From the NCBI GenBank assembly GCA_040389765.1, contig JAZJZO010000001.1, positions 104,669 to 168,668 of the forward strand: DNA of 64,000 bases, written 5' to 3'. This DNA comes from Pseudomonadota bacterium. GTDB taxonomy: Bacteria; Pseudomonadota; Alphaproteobacteria; Sphingomonadales; Sphingomonadaceae. This document shows, piece by piece, positions 18,487 through 26,781 of this stretch (within the stretch, counting starts at the first letter, position 1; the number at the start of each line of letters is the position of its first letter). The position numbers and the translations under genes were made by a program. The notes under the pieces were generated by a model. The model searched no databases. It had not been told where the DNA came from and worked only from the letters and a program-made list of their open reading frames with translations.

Positions 18487-19943
18487 GGCGTTTCGCCGCT
18501 CTCCTTGCCCTGCTCGCCAGCGGCTGCGCGACGATGGAGCCAAACTATCTGGCGCCGGACTCGGCGGTGCCGCCGTCGTGGCCCGCCGGAAGCGTCGATC
18601 TGAGCCAGGCCGAAGCGGCGCTTCCCGCCCTCACCTTCCGCCAGGTGTTCACCGATCCCCGGCTGCAGACCCTGATCGGCCAGGCGCTGGCGAACAACCG
18701 CGACCTGATGGTCGCAGCCGGCAATATCGCCGCGGCGCGCGAGCAGTACCGGATCCAGCGCGCCCAGCAGCTGCCGCAGCTCGCCGCATCGGCCGGCATG
18801 ACCGTGCGCGGCGACGAGGCCGATGCCGTCAGCGCCGATTTCCAGGCCGGGCTCCAGGTCCCGAACTTCGAGCTCGACCTGTTCGGCCGGCTGCGATCGC
18901 TGAGCCGGGTCCAGCAGCAACGCTATTTCGCGACCGAGGCCGGGGCTCGCGCGACGCGCCTTGCGCTGGTCGCGGACATCGCCTCGACCTGGCTCGATTA
19001 TGCCGCGGATTCGAGCCTGCTGCAGGTGTCGCAGCAGACCGTCGCCACTGCCGAGAAGAGCGTCCGCCTGACGCGCCTTCGCCTCGAAGGGGGAATCGCG
19101 CCGCGCACCGACCTCAGCCAGGCGCAGGAAATCCTGAGCCAAGCCCAAGCCAATCTCGCGCTTCAGAAGACCAACCTCGCGCAGGACGCCAATGCGCTGC
19201 AGCTGCTGATCGGGGGACCGTTCGACCGCGCCCTCCTCCCCGCGTCGATCGAGCAGGCCGGCCCAACCATCGCCGAGTTGCCCGCCGGGCTTGGCTCCGC
19301 GGTCCTCTTGCGTCGGCCCGACATCGTGCAGGCCGAATATCAACTGCGCGCGGCCAATGCGAACATCGGCGCTGCGCGCGCGGCGCTGTTCCCCAAGATC
19401 AGCCTGACCGGCCTGCTGGGCGTTGCAAGCTCGGCCCTGACCAGCCTGTTGACGGGCGGCGCCTTCGCCTGGAGCGCCGGCGCGGACGCCAGCTACACGA
19501 TCTTCCAGGGCGGCGCGGGCCGCGCCAACGTCCGCCTCACCGAAGCGCAGCGCAACGCCGCGCTCGCGAGCTATCAGCGCACCATCCAGACCGCCTTCCG
19601 CGAAGTCGCCGACGCGCTTGCCCGCCGTGTGACCATGGATGAGCAGCTAGCAGCGACGCAGCGCCAGCAGGCCGCCGCTGCCGACGTCGCGACACTGGTC
19701 GAGGCGCGCTACCGCAACGGCATCGACAGCTATTTGAACCTGCTGGACGCCCAGCGGTCCTATTACCAGGTGCAGCAGACGCTCGTTCAGACGCGGCGCA
19801 CAGCGGCCCAGAACCGGGTCGAGCTGTACCGCGCGCTCGGCGGAGATTCGCTGATCCAGAACGTGCCTTTGTGCGCGGTCCGCTACGTCAGCTACGCCAA
19901 CCGCTCCAATCTCGCCTCGGTCTGCCCGCCGCTGCAGCCCTGA
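18483..19943 (+). CDS. Outer-membrane efflux factor lipoprotein (NodT/OprM family)
   Basis: An in-frame ATG at 18483 gives the lipobox LLALLASGCA and overlaps the RND stop. TolC-like repeats are present (NNRDLMVAAGNIAAAREQYRI, ALFPKISLTG). Confidence 0.9.
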   Translation: MRRFAALLALLASGCATMEPNYLAPDSAVPPSWPAGSVDLSQAEAALPALTFRQVFTDPRLQTLIGQALANNRDLMVAAGNIAAAREQYRIQRAQQLPQLAASAGMTVRGDEADAVSADFQAGLQVPNFELDLFGRLRSLSRVQQQRYFATEAGARATRLALVADIASTWLDYAADSSLLQVSQQTVATAEKSVRLTRLRLEGGIAPRTDLSQAQEILSQAQANLALQKTNLAQDANALQLLIGGPFDRALLPASIEQAGPTIAELPAGLGSAVLLRRPDIVQAEYQLRAANANIGAARAALFPKISLTGLLGVASSALTSLLTGGAFAWSAGADASYTIFQGGAGRANVRLTEAQRNAALASYQRTIQTAFREVADALARRVTMDEQLAATQRQQAAAADVATLVEARYRNGIDSYLNLLDAQRSYYQVQQTLVQTRRTAAQNRVELYRALGGDSLIQNVPLCAVRYVSYANRSNLASVCPPLQP

Positions 19944-19997
19944 CCGCCTGGCTCCGTAGGGGTTTGCGGTCCTGAATGCAGCCCCTAAGGGGCGTTC

Positions 19998-20996
19998 ATG
20001 GCGATTTTAGTCACTGGCGTAGCAGGGTTCATCGGTTCCACCACGGCGCGCGTTCTGCTCGAGCGCGGCGACAGCGTCGTCGGCATCGACAATCTCAACG
20101 ATTATTACGATCCGGCGCTCAAGCAGGCGCGGCTCGACAATCTAGCGCGCGATTTCGGCGACCGCTTCCGCTTCGAACGCATCGACTTTGCCGACGGCGC
20201 AGCGCTCAACCGCGTCGCCGACAGCATGGAGATTGAGGGAATCGTCCATTTGGGCGCGCAGGCCGGCGTCCGCTACAGCCTCCAAAACCCGGGCGCCTAC
20301 ATTCACTCGAACCTGGTCGGCCACGCCAACATCCTTGAGCTCGCGCGCCACCGGAAGCCCCGACACACCGTCTATGCCTCCTCCTCCTCGGTCTATGGCG
20401 GCAACAAGAGCCTGCCGTTCCGCGTCGAGGACCGGGTCGATCACCCGCTTTCGCTCTACGCCGCGACCAAGAAGGCCGACGAGCTGCTGAGCGAAAGCTA
20501 TTCGAGCCTCTACCGCCTGCCGCTGACCGGCCTTCGCTTCTTCACCGTCTATGGCCCCTGGGGCCGCCCCGACATGGCGATGTGGATTTTCACCAAGGCG
20601 CTTTTCGCCGGCGAGCCCCTGCCTTTGTTCAACCGCGGCGAGATGCGGCGCGACTTCACCTATGTCGACGATATCGTCCGCGGCGTCGTCTCATGCCTCG
20701 ACAATCCGCCGCCGGACGATGGCGCGAGCAAGGCCGGCGGCAGCAGCGCCTCGCACGCCCTCTACAATATCGGCAACAGCCGCAGCGAAGACTTGATGCG
20801 CGTGGTCGATCTGCTCGAACAGGCGACCGGCCGCAAGGCGCTGATCGACCCGCAGCCGATGCAGATCGGCGACGTCAAGGAGACCTTCGCCGACATCAGC
20901 GCGATCGAGCGCGACCTCGGCTTCCAGCCCGCAACCGGAATCGACGAGGGCGTGCCGCGCTTCGTCGCCTGGTACCGGGACTATCACCAGCTCTGA
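19998..20996 (+). CDS. NAD-dependent epimerase/dehydratase, UDP-glucuronate 4-epimerase-like
   Basis: GVAGFIGS Rossmann motif, YASSSSVYG and catalytic YAATKKADE. The length and motifs fit the extended-SDR nucleotide-sugar epimerase family. Confidence 0.85.
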   Translation: MAILVTGVAGFIGSTTARVLLERGDSVVGIDNLNDYYDPALKQARLDNLARDFGDRFRFERIDFADGAALNRVADSMEIEGIVHLGAQAGVRYSLQNPGAYIHSNLVGHANILELARHRKPRHTVYASSSSVYGGNKSLPFRVEDRVDHPLSLYAATKKADELLSESYSSLYRLPLTGLRFFTVYGPWGRPDMAMWIFTKALFAGEPLPLFNRGEMRRDFTYVDDIVRGVVSCLDNPPPDDGASKAGGSSASHALYNIGNSRSEDLMRVVDLLEQATGRKALIDPQPMQIGDVKETFADISAIERDLGFQPATGIDEGVPRFVAWYRDYHQL

Positions 20997-21958
20997 TGGC
21001 GCTTCCGGGCGTTCTTCAGAAGCTGCGCATTCCCGTCGTCGGAGCGCCCCTCTTCATCGTCTCCAACCCGAAGCTGGTCATCGCCCAGTGCACCTCGGGC
21101 ATCGTCGGCAGCTTCCCGTCATTGAACGCTCGGCCCGCGTCGATGCTCGACGAATGGCTGCACGAGATTGCCGAGGCGCTTTCCGCGTGGGACCGCGACC
21201 ATCCCGAGCGGCCGGCGGCGCCCGTCGCGGTCAACCAGATCGTCCACCGCTCCAACGACCGCTTCGAAGCGGACATGAACGTCTGCGCGAAGTGGAAGGT
21301 GCCGATCGTCATCACCTCACTGGGCGCCCGGCCCGAGCTCAACGACGCGGTTCACGCCTGGGGCGGGATCACGCTTCACGACGTCATCGACGACCGCTTC
21401 GCCCGCAAGGCGATCGAGAAAGGCGCGGACGGCATCATCGCCGTCGCCGCGGGTGCAGGCGGTCATGCCGGCCGCTGGTCGCCCTTCGCGCTGATGCAGG
21501 AAATCCGCGCCTGGTTCGACGGGCCCCTGATCCTGTCGGGATCGATCGCCAGCGGCGGAGCCGTGCTCGCCGCGCAGGCGACCGGCGCGGACCTTGCCTA
21601 TGTCGGCTCGCCCTTCATCGCCACCGATGAAGCCAATGCCTCGGCCGACTACAAGCAGGCCGTGGTCGACGGCGGCGCAGCCGACATCGTCTACTCAGAC
21701 CTCTTCACCGGCATCCACGGCAATTATCTGCGCGCCTCGATCGTCAACGCCGGGCTCGACCCCGAAGCGCTCGCCGCCGGCAATATCGACACCATGAAGT
21801 TCGGGTCGGAAGGCTCGGCCAAGGCCAAGGCCTGGCGCGACATCTGGGGCTCGGGCCAGGGCATCGGCGCCATCGACCAGGTGCGCCCGACCGCCGCCTA
21901 TATCGACCGGCTCGCCGATCAATATGCGCAAGCGAAAGCGCGGCTCTGCGCGCAATGA
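20996..21958 (+). CDS. Nitronate monooxygenase / NAD(P)H-dependent flavin oxidoreductase family
   Basis: An in-frame ATG at 20996 overlaps the upstream TGA. The motifs are NMO-like (IPVVGAPLFIVSNP, GADGIIAVAAGAGGHAG, AYVGSPFIAT). Confidence 0.8.
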   Translation: MALPGVLQKLRIPVVGAPLFIVSNPKLVIAQCTSGIVGSFPSLNARPASMLDEWLHEIAEALSAWDRDHPERPAAPVAVNQIVHRSNDRFEADMNVCAKWKVPIVITSLGARPELNDAVHAWGGITLHDVIDDRFARKAIEKGADGIIAVAAGAGGHAGRWSPFALMQEIRAWFDGPLILSGSIASGGAVLAAQATGADLAYVGSPFIATDEANASADYKQAVVDGGAADIVYSDLFTGIHGNYLRASIVNAGLDPEALAAGNIDTMKFGSEGSAKAKAWRDIWGSGQGIGAIDQVRPTAAYIDRLADQYAQAKARLCAQ

Positions 21959-22141
21959 TAATGGGAGATTTCGACCCAAAGCAGACGTTAGGGTAGCGCG
22001 TTGACTGCACAATATGCTGCGATAAACTATGATTGTCGAAAGTTAAGTATACTCAGTTGACTCAGGTCATTGTAGATTGAATATCAAGCTGCCGGATCGA
22101 CAAAAGCCCTGCCAAAACGGGCTATCGATTGGAAATGCTGT

Positions 22142-22594
22142 TTGAGCCTCACTGCCTTACGCGCCGTGGAATGTCCTCGCTGCGGCTTCAAAGACCCTTC
22201 AATCATGTTAGAGCCGGCTCCGTACCGAGCTTGGCATCTGAGAGGCAGAAACGCCGTCAGGAAGTACGTGCAAAGCCTGGGCCTTGAAGCCCGCGAGTGG
22301 CTGATTGCACTCTACGTCGACATCCAGCTCAACCTGCTCATGGTGGACACGATCGCGCAGGGAGCAACCACAAGTTGTTCAGTTAGCTTTCCGCGGATCC
22401 TGTGGCGAGGTCATCAACTTGGCGCGGCGGGCTTCATACTGGTCCATAATCACCCAAGCGGGGACGCGAGACCCAGTACAGATGACATCAGAACCACAGT
22501 GCGTTTGAAACGGACGTCGGAAGAAATGGAACTGCCACTCCTCGACCACTTCATCGTCACGAGAGATGAAATTCGCAGTATCGGCGAATGGTAA
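22142..22594 (+). CDS. radC: RadC-like JAB-domain protein (short, JAB-only form)
   Basis: JAB/MPN signature HNHPSGDARPSTDDIRTT followed by LLDHFIV. At about 150 aa it lacks the HhH N-domain. The annotated start is TTG and an internal ATG is possible. Local GC is reduced. Confidence 0.8.
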   Translation: MSLTALRAVECPRCGFKDPSIMLEPAPYRAWHLRGRNAVRKYVQSLGLEAREWLIALYVDIQLNLLMVDTIAQGATTSCSVSFPRILWRGHQLGAAGFILVHNHPSGDARPSTDDIRTTVRLKRTSEEMELPLLDHFIVTRDEIRSIGEW

Positions 22595-22778
22595 GCGGAG
22601 CGGCTGAGCCAGCGCCCCAGGGCACTGAAATGCCGAATTCACTATTTGGCGGGCTATTGGCTGGATCACCGATGGTGAGCAGCAAGCCTGCCAGATGGAC
22701 CAGGAACCTCCGATTGGTTCAGTTCGGATCAGGCTCTAGCGGACATTCCTCACGACGGCCTTTATCTGATCGCCCCGA

Positions 22779-23582
22779 ATGCGGGGCGGCAAGTATCGTT
22801 GCTGGGCTTTTGACGGCCGCTTTGTCCGTTTCATCGGCTCAAAAATCGGCCGCGCTCATCTTCGGCCCAGATAACCGCCGTTTCGTCGACACTCGAGCCG
22901 GATCACCGTTCAGTCCTGTCGGCATCCTTTTCAAGACAGGTGACGGCTATGCGACAGCGTTCCTTGTCGATGATTGCCACGTTCTGACCGTTCAGCACGT
23001 CTTTGGGAACGCGCTTCGGCGAAGGGCCGAAGCGCAGTGTTTGCGGTACGAGTGGGCGCGAACAGCTGGCTCGCGTCCTGGGGCGTCGTCGAGCACGACG
23101 GAGGCCTCGAAGCAACTCCCGGCGTACGGAACAATGACTGGGCTCTCATCCGCTTGCAGAAATGCTTGGGGAAAACTCAAGGACATGTAAGACTTTCAAG
23201 GCGCCTACCTGCAGTCGGTGAGGCAATCGGCAGCGTGGGCTATCCGGCCGATCGCTCAAGTTCGGGTCAGGCAGTTGCTGATCCATCCTGCAAACTTAGG
23301 CGGGTCAATTCCGTCAGCCTTTTGCACGATTGCGCCAGCCTGCCCGGCAGTTCGGGAAGCCCTATGTTTCGAATGATACAGGAAAGGGGCCGGCCGGTGC
23401 TGGAAGTCTTTGCAACGGCTGAAGCAGCCCATTCTTCAGTCAGCATGGGACGTAACGAAGTCGAAGATCGCGACGACTACGACGACTCCGTTTGGAATGT
23501 AGCTACTGCGATTTGCATCAACCGCGCGCTGCGCGCTGCGGGCCTAAAATGTCGGCGCGATAAGCGCTTGGTTCCCGACTGA
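22779..23582 (+). pseudogene. Frameshifted trypsin-like (S1/V8-like) serine protease
   Basis: The catalytic His (LTVQHV, codon 22996-22998) lies in one frame. The Asp (NDWALIRL, 23136-23138) and Ser (GSSGSP, 23352-23354) lie in another frame. The two ORFs overlap at 22974-23190. The 5-prime end is uncertain, because the ORF track extends the first frame back to 22588. Confidence 0.65.
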
Positions 23583-23678
23583 ATTGAACTTATAAGTTCA
23601 GAATGAATGCAAATTTAACGTCTCATTCTCCAGGCGCTGCGATTCTGGCCTCCTCAACACCACAAGGAGGCCCTAACC

Positions 23679-23849
23679 ATGAAATTGAAGTTGTTACTGA
23701 TCCTTTCGCTTCTCGGTTCCGCGTCGTTTACCCCGACAGCTGCAAGCGCCCGTGAGGTCGGTGCATCAGATCCATACAATTGGTGTGTAAAGCTGGTGAA
23801 CTGGAAATTGGTGTGGACGCCTTGCACCGCAGTGTCGGCAAAAGCTTAG
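23679..23849 (+). CDS. Small secreted Cys/Trp-containing peptide (56 aa), below the ORF-track cutoff
   Basis: Translation by hand gives MKLKLLLILSLLGSASFTPTAASAREVGASDPYNWCVKLVNWKLVWTPCTAVSAKA. A strong SD (AAGGAGG, 23664-23670) lies 8 nt upstream of the ATG. It has a Sec-type signal peptide with an ASA site and a hairpin terminator downstream. Confidence 0.55.
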   Translation: MKLKLLLILSLLGSASFTPTAASAREVGASDPYNWCVKLVNWKLVWTPCTAVSAKA

Positions 23850-23894
23850 GACAGTCCCGGCAGTTCACCTCCAGAGGGTGATGATCCCGAAGTG

Positions 23895-23930
23895 GAAGGC
23901 CCGTCAGCCCTTGGCGGGCCTTCTTCGTGG
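23895..23930 (+). terminator. Rho-independent terminator downstream of the small peptide gene
   Basis: GAAGGCCCG (23895-23903) pairs with CGGGCCTTC (23915-23923) around an 11-nt loop and is followed by TTCGTGG. Confidence 0.55.
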
Positions 23931-24062
23931 CTTTCCACCCTTTGCGTACATTGGGCTACATTGAGCGGACCTGTTTCATGTCTGAAGCTGTCGTCATCTT
24001 ACGGATACGCGCAAGGGAATGGACCTTTTCCACCCAAAACTGCCACTGTCGCGGCGCCAAGC

Positions 24063-24569
24063 CTAGACTCCGCCGCCTAGCCCCCGCTCGAGCCGGCCCA
24101 TCAGCGCCCGCGCCGGGCTTTGCGGCGCTTCGGCCTCGATCGTGCCCTCGTCGATCCGCTGGACCCGCGCATATAGGTCGGTGCTGGCGTTGATCAGCCG
24201 CTGCGCCGCTTCTGGCAGCTGGACGACCACTGCGAGATCGCTCTCCTGGGCGTGGCCGAGGCGGGATTCGCGGCGGCGGCCGTCGCGCATCGGGATTTCG
24301 CCCGACTCGATCGCCCGCTGGGTCAGAAGCCAGGCGACGATGTGCATGATCCGCGTCGTGACCCTGAGCGACTCGCAGGCGAAGCCGACGCGGGCGAAGG
24401 GCTCGAGCGTCGAGCGGTCGTCGCGGCCGGCATCGTCGAAATAGGAGCGCGCCTCGTCGGCGAGCAGCATCGCCTCGGTATAAAGCGAGTCGATCAGGCG
24501 CGAGGTGATGCGCGCCTGCGGCTCGGTGTTCTCCGATTCGTCCATGGGCATGAAGGTGCCACTGTTCAT
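24063..24569 (-). CDS. rcdA: DUF1465-family protein (RcdA-like regulator of CtrA degradation)
   Basis: 168 aa. ITSRLIDSLYTEAMLLADEARSYFD and ESLRVTTRIMHIVAWLLTQRA match my recollection of the alphaproteobacterial DUF1465/RcdA family. I have not checked this by search. Confidence 0.7.
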   Translation of the reverse strand: MNSGTFMPMDESENTEPQARITSRLIDSLYTEAMLLADEARSYFDDAGRDDRSTLEPFARVGFACESLRVTTRIMHIVAWLLTQRAIESGEIPMRDGRRRESRLGHAQESDLAVVVQLPEAAQRLINASTDLYARVQRIDEGTIEAEAPQSPARALMGRLERGLGGGV

Positions 24570-24644
24570 CGCCGGTGAAAACGCCTGAGCGCACTCGGCG
24601 CGCCGCGAAAAGCGCTCATGTCCCCCTTCGGGACACGACGGCTC

Positions 24645-24836
24645 TCAAGCGATGATGTCGGGGACGCTGGCATCGACGATCCGCTGGATCTGGTCCTTGA
24701 GCATGAGCTTGCGACGCTTCAGGCGCGCGATCTGGAGCTGGTCGCCGATCGGTTCGGCGCAAAGCTGTTGCAGCTTCTCGTCGAGCTGGCGGTGCTCGGC
24801 CTTGAGCGCATCGAGCTCCGGTTCGAGGTCGTTCAT
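24645..24836 (-). CDS. DUF465 (YdcH-like) small protein
   Basis: The internal ATG at 24836 gives 63 aa: MNDLEPELDALKAEHRQLDEKLQQL...LQIARLKRRKLMLKDQIQRI. This is the typical DUF465 coiled-coil signature. Confidence 0.65.
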   Translation of the reverse strand: MNDLEPELDALKAEHRQLDEKLQQLCAEPIGDQLQIARLKRRKLMLKDQIQRIVDASVPDIIA

Positions 24837-24983
24837 CGCCGCCAGGCTTAACCCAGATTGGCGGGCGCTTGAAACCGATGAGCCGGACGCGGCCGCGGGC
24901 GAGCGGAGGAATCGAGCGAGACAAGTCCCGCGAAACATGTTTTATTACGCGCTGGTGACTTCAAGACGAAAGGACTGGCACCA

Positions 24984-25148
24984 ATGGACAAGGCAGTGGC
25001 CGAGGAACTCGAATCCAAGCATGCCGCTCTTCATTCCCTGATCGAGGAAGAAGAGCATCGAGCCCACCCCGACGAAGACCTTCTCCACCGACTCAAGAAA
25101 GAAAAGCTGAAATTGAAAGACGAGCTGGCCGGGCACCTGACCCACTAG
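24984..25148 (+). CDS. DUF465 (YdcH-like) small protein, second copy, below the ORF-track cutoff
   Basis: Translation by hand gives MDKAVAEELESKHAALHSLIEEEEHRAHPDEDLLHRLKKEKLKLKDELAGHLTH (54 aa, TAG at 25146-25148). An AAGGA sequence lies about 10 nt upstream of the ATG. Confidence 0.6.
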   Translation: MDKAVAEELESKHAALHSLIEEEEHRAHPDEDLLHRLKKEKLKLKDELAGHLTH

Positions 25149-25209
25149 GCCAGCTCTTTTTATGCGGTCGCGCGGGCGCCTTAGAGCGGCCCGCGCATCG
25201 CCCTTCCGC

Positions 25210-25677
25210 CTAATCGTCGCGCGAAACGCGCTCGATCCGCTCGTGGCGCTCCTGCGCCTCAAGCGTCATGGTCGCGATCGGCCGGGCTTCGAGGCGGGCC
25301 AGCGAAATCGGGTCGCCGGTCACTTCGCAATAGCCATATTCGCCTTCGTACAGGCGGCGGATCGCGCAATCGATCTTGGCGATCAGCTTGCGCTGACGGT
25401 CGCGGGTGCGAAGCTCGATCGACCAGTCGGTCTCGCTCGACGCGCGATCGGCAATGTCGGGCTCGCGCAGCGAATCGACCTGGAGCTGGGCCATCGTCGC
25501 CCGCGACTCTTCGATGATCGCTTCCTTCCAGTCCTTGAGCTTGCGCAGGAAGTAGGCGCGATGCTTCGCGCACATGAATTCCTCGCCGTCCGAAGGCCGA
25601 TAGCCCTCGGGCAGGATCAAACGGTCAAACCGTTCGAATTCTTCGCCATTGTAGAGATCGACTAGAGCAGTCGCCAT
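25210..25677 (-). CDS. dksA: RNA polymerase-binding transcription factor DksA (variant lacking the 4-Cys zinc finger)
   Basis: The internal ATG at 25677 gives MATALVDLY. The coiled-coil tip carries the DxxDxA-like motif REPDIADRASSETD. The C-terminus reads GEYGYCEVTGDPISLARLEARPIATMTLEAQERHE, so only one of the four E. coli-type zinc Cys residues is retained. Confidence 0.9.
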   Translation of the reverse strand: MATALVDLYNGEEFERFDRLILPEGYRPSDGEEFMCAKHRAYFLRKLKDWKEAIIEESRATMAQLQVDSLREPDIADRASSETDWSIELRTRDRQRKLIAKIDCAIRRLYEGEYGYCEVTGDPISLARLEARPIATMTLEAQERHERIERVSRDD

Positions 25678-25967
25678 TTTCACCCTCCCCGCACCACGGC
25701 CCCCGCCGCGTCCCATACGCCACAAGAACCAAACGCCGCCGCTGGCTGCGGCCGGGCCACCGGTGCAGCCGGAGGCGAATTCGGCAGGCTTTAGCGGGAC
25801 TTATCCCAGCAAAAGCTGCCTCTCCCCAAGCGGGCCTATAGATAGAGGCGCAAGGCTTAACAAGGACTGACGCAACAGCGGTGAACAAATCGCCAAGCTG
25901 TTGCGAATATGGCGCAATCCACGCTCGGTTGCCCCGCCCGAAGAGTGCCGCCATAGCCCGTTGGGCA

Positions 25968-26741
25968 ATGCGCATCCTCCTCACCAACGACGACGGCGTG
26001 AACGCCCGCGGGCTCCGGCTCCTCGAAACGATCGCCAGGCGCCTGAGCGACGACATCTGGATCGTCGCTCCGACCGAAGAACAATCGGGCGCAGGCCATT
26101 CGCTGACACTGACGACGCCGGTTCGCCTGAGGAAGCACGACGATCGCCGCTTCTCCGTCACGGGGACTCCGACCGACGCAGTGATGCTGGCGCTGGCCCA
26201 TATCATGAAGGACGATCCGCCCGACCTCATCCTTTCGGGGATCAACCGCGGCGCCAACCTGGCCGAGGACGTCACTTACTCGGGCACGGTTTCGGCGGCG
26301 ATGGAGGGCGCGCTTGCGGGCGTCCGCTCAATCGCGCTGAGCCAGGCCTATTCGCGGGAGGGGATGGGCGACACCGTGCCCTTTGCCGCCGCCGAGGTCT
26401 GGGCCGAGCGGGTGCTGGGGCCGCTGCTCGAGTTCCCGATGGAGCCCACGACGTTGGTCAACATCAACTTCCCCGCCCTTCCGCCCGACGACGTAAAGGG
26501 CGTGCGGGTCTGCCGCCAGGGGCTGCGCGACTACGGCCGGCTGCGCATCGTCCAGCGCACCGATCCGCGCGGCTATGATTATTACTGGTTCGGGCTTGGG
26601 CCGATGGTCGAGACGCCGGGGCACTCGACGGACCTGGAAGCGATTGCCGACGGCTATGTGTCGGTGACTCCGCTGCACCTCGATCTCACCCACGAGCCGC
26701 AGCTTCCGGAGCTCCAGAATCGCTTCGCGGCCACGCCCTGA
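25968..26741 (+). CDS. surE: 5'/3'-nucleotidase SurE
   Basis: MRILLTNDDGVNARG start, GINRGANLAEDVTYSGTVSAAMEG and VNINFP motifs. Confidence 0.9.
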   Translation: MRILLTNDDGVNARGLRLLETIARRLSDDIWIVAPTEEQSGAGHSLTLTTPVRLRKHDDRRFSVTGTPTDAVMLALAHIMKDDPPDLILSGINRGANLAEDVTYSGTVSAAMEGALAGVRSIALSQAYSREGMGDTVPFAAAEVWAERVLGPLLEFPMEPTTLVNINFPALPPDDVKGVRVCRQGLRDYGRLRIVQRTDPRGYDYYWFGLGPMVETPGHSTDLEAIADGYVSVTPLHLDLTHEPQLPELQNRFAATP

Positions 26742-26781
26742 GGGACGCAGCCGCGAAACTTGTCCAGTAGAAGAGCTTGGC

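Noticed and set aside
22588-22778. Treating the first 64 codons of ORF 22588-23190 as the protease N-terminus, overlapping the radC stop
   Set aside because: The translation (MVSGAAEPAPQGTEMPNSLFGG...SSGHSSRRPLSDRPE) has no protease or signal features. The region is more likely intergenic or degraded sequence, so the pseudogene 5-prime end is left uncertain.
21959-23950. Calling the low-GC islet a mobile element, prophage remnant or defence island
   Set aside because: I found no integrase, transposase or recombinase, no adjacent tRNA, and no flanking direct or inverted repeats. No recognisable defence-system core gene is present. It is reported only as a compositional islet.
23927-24594. ORFs 23892-24080 (+), 23927-24193 (+), 23956-24594 (-) and others overlapping the DUF1465 gene
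   Set aside because: They are Arg/Pro/Ala-rich products with no signals. The 24063-24569 minus-strand frame gives the recognisable DUF1465/RcdA-like protein.
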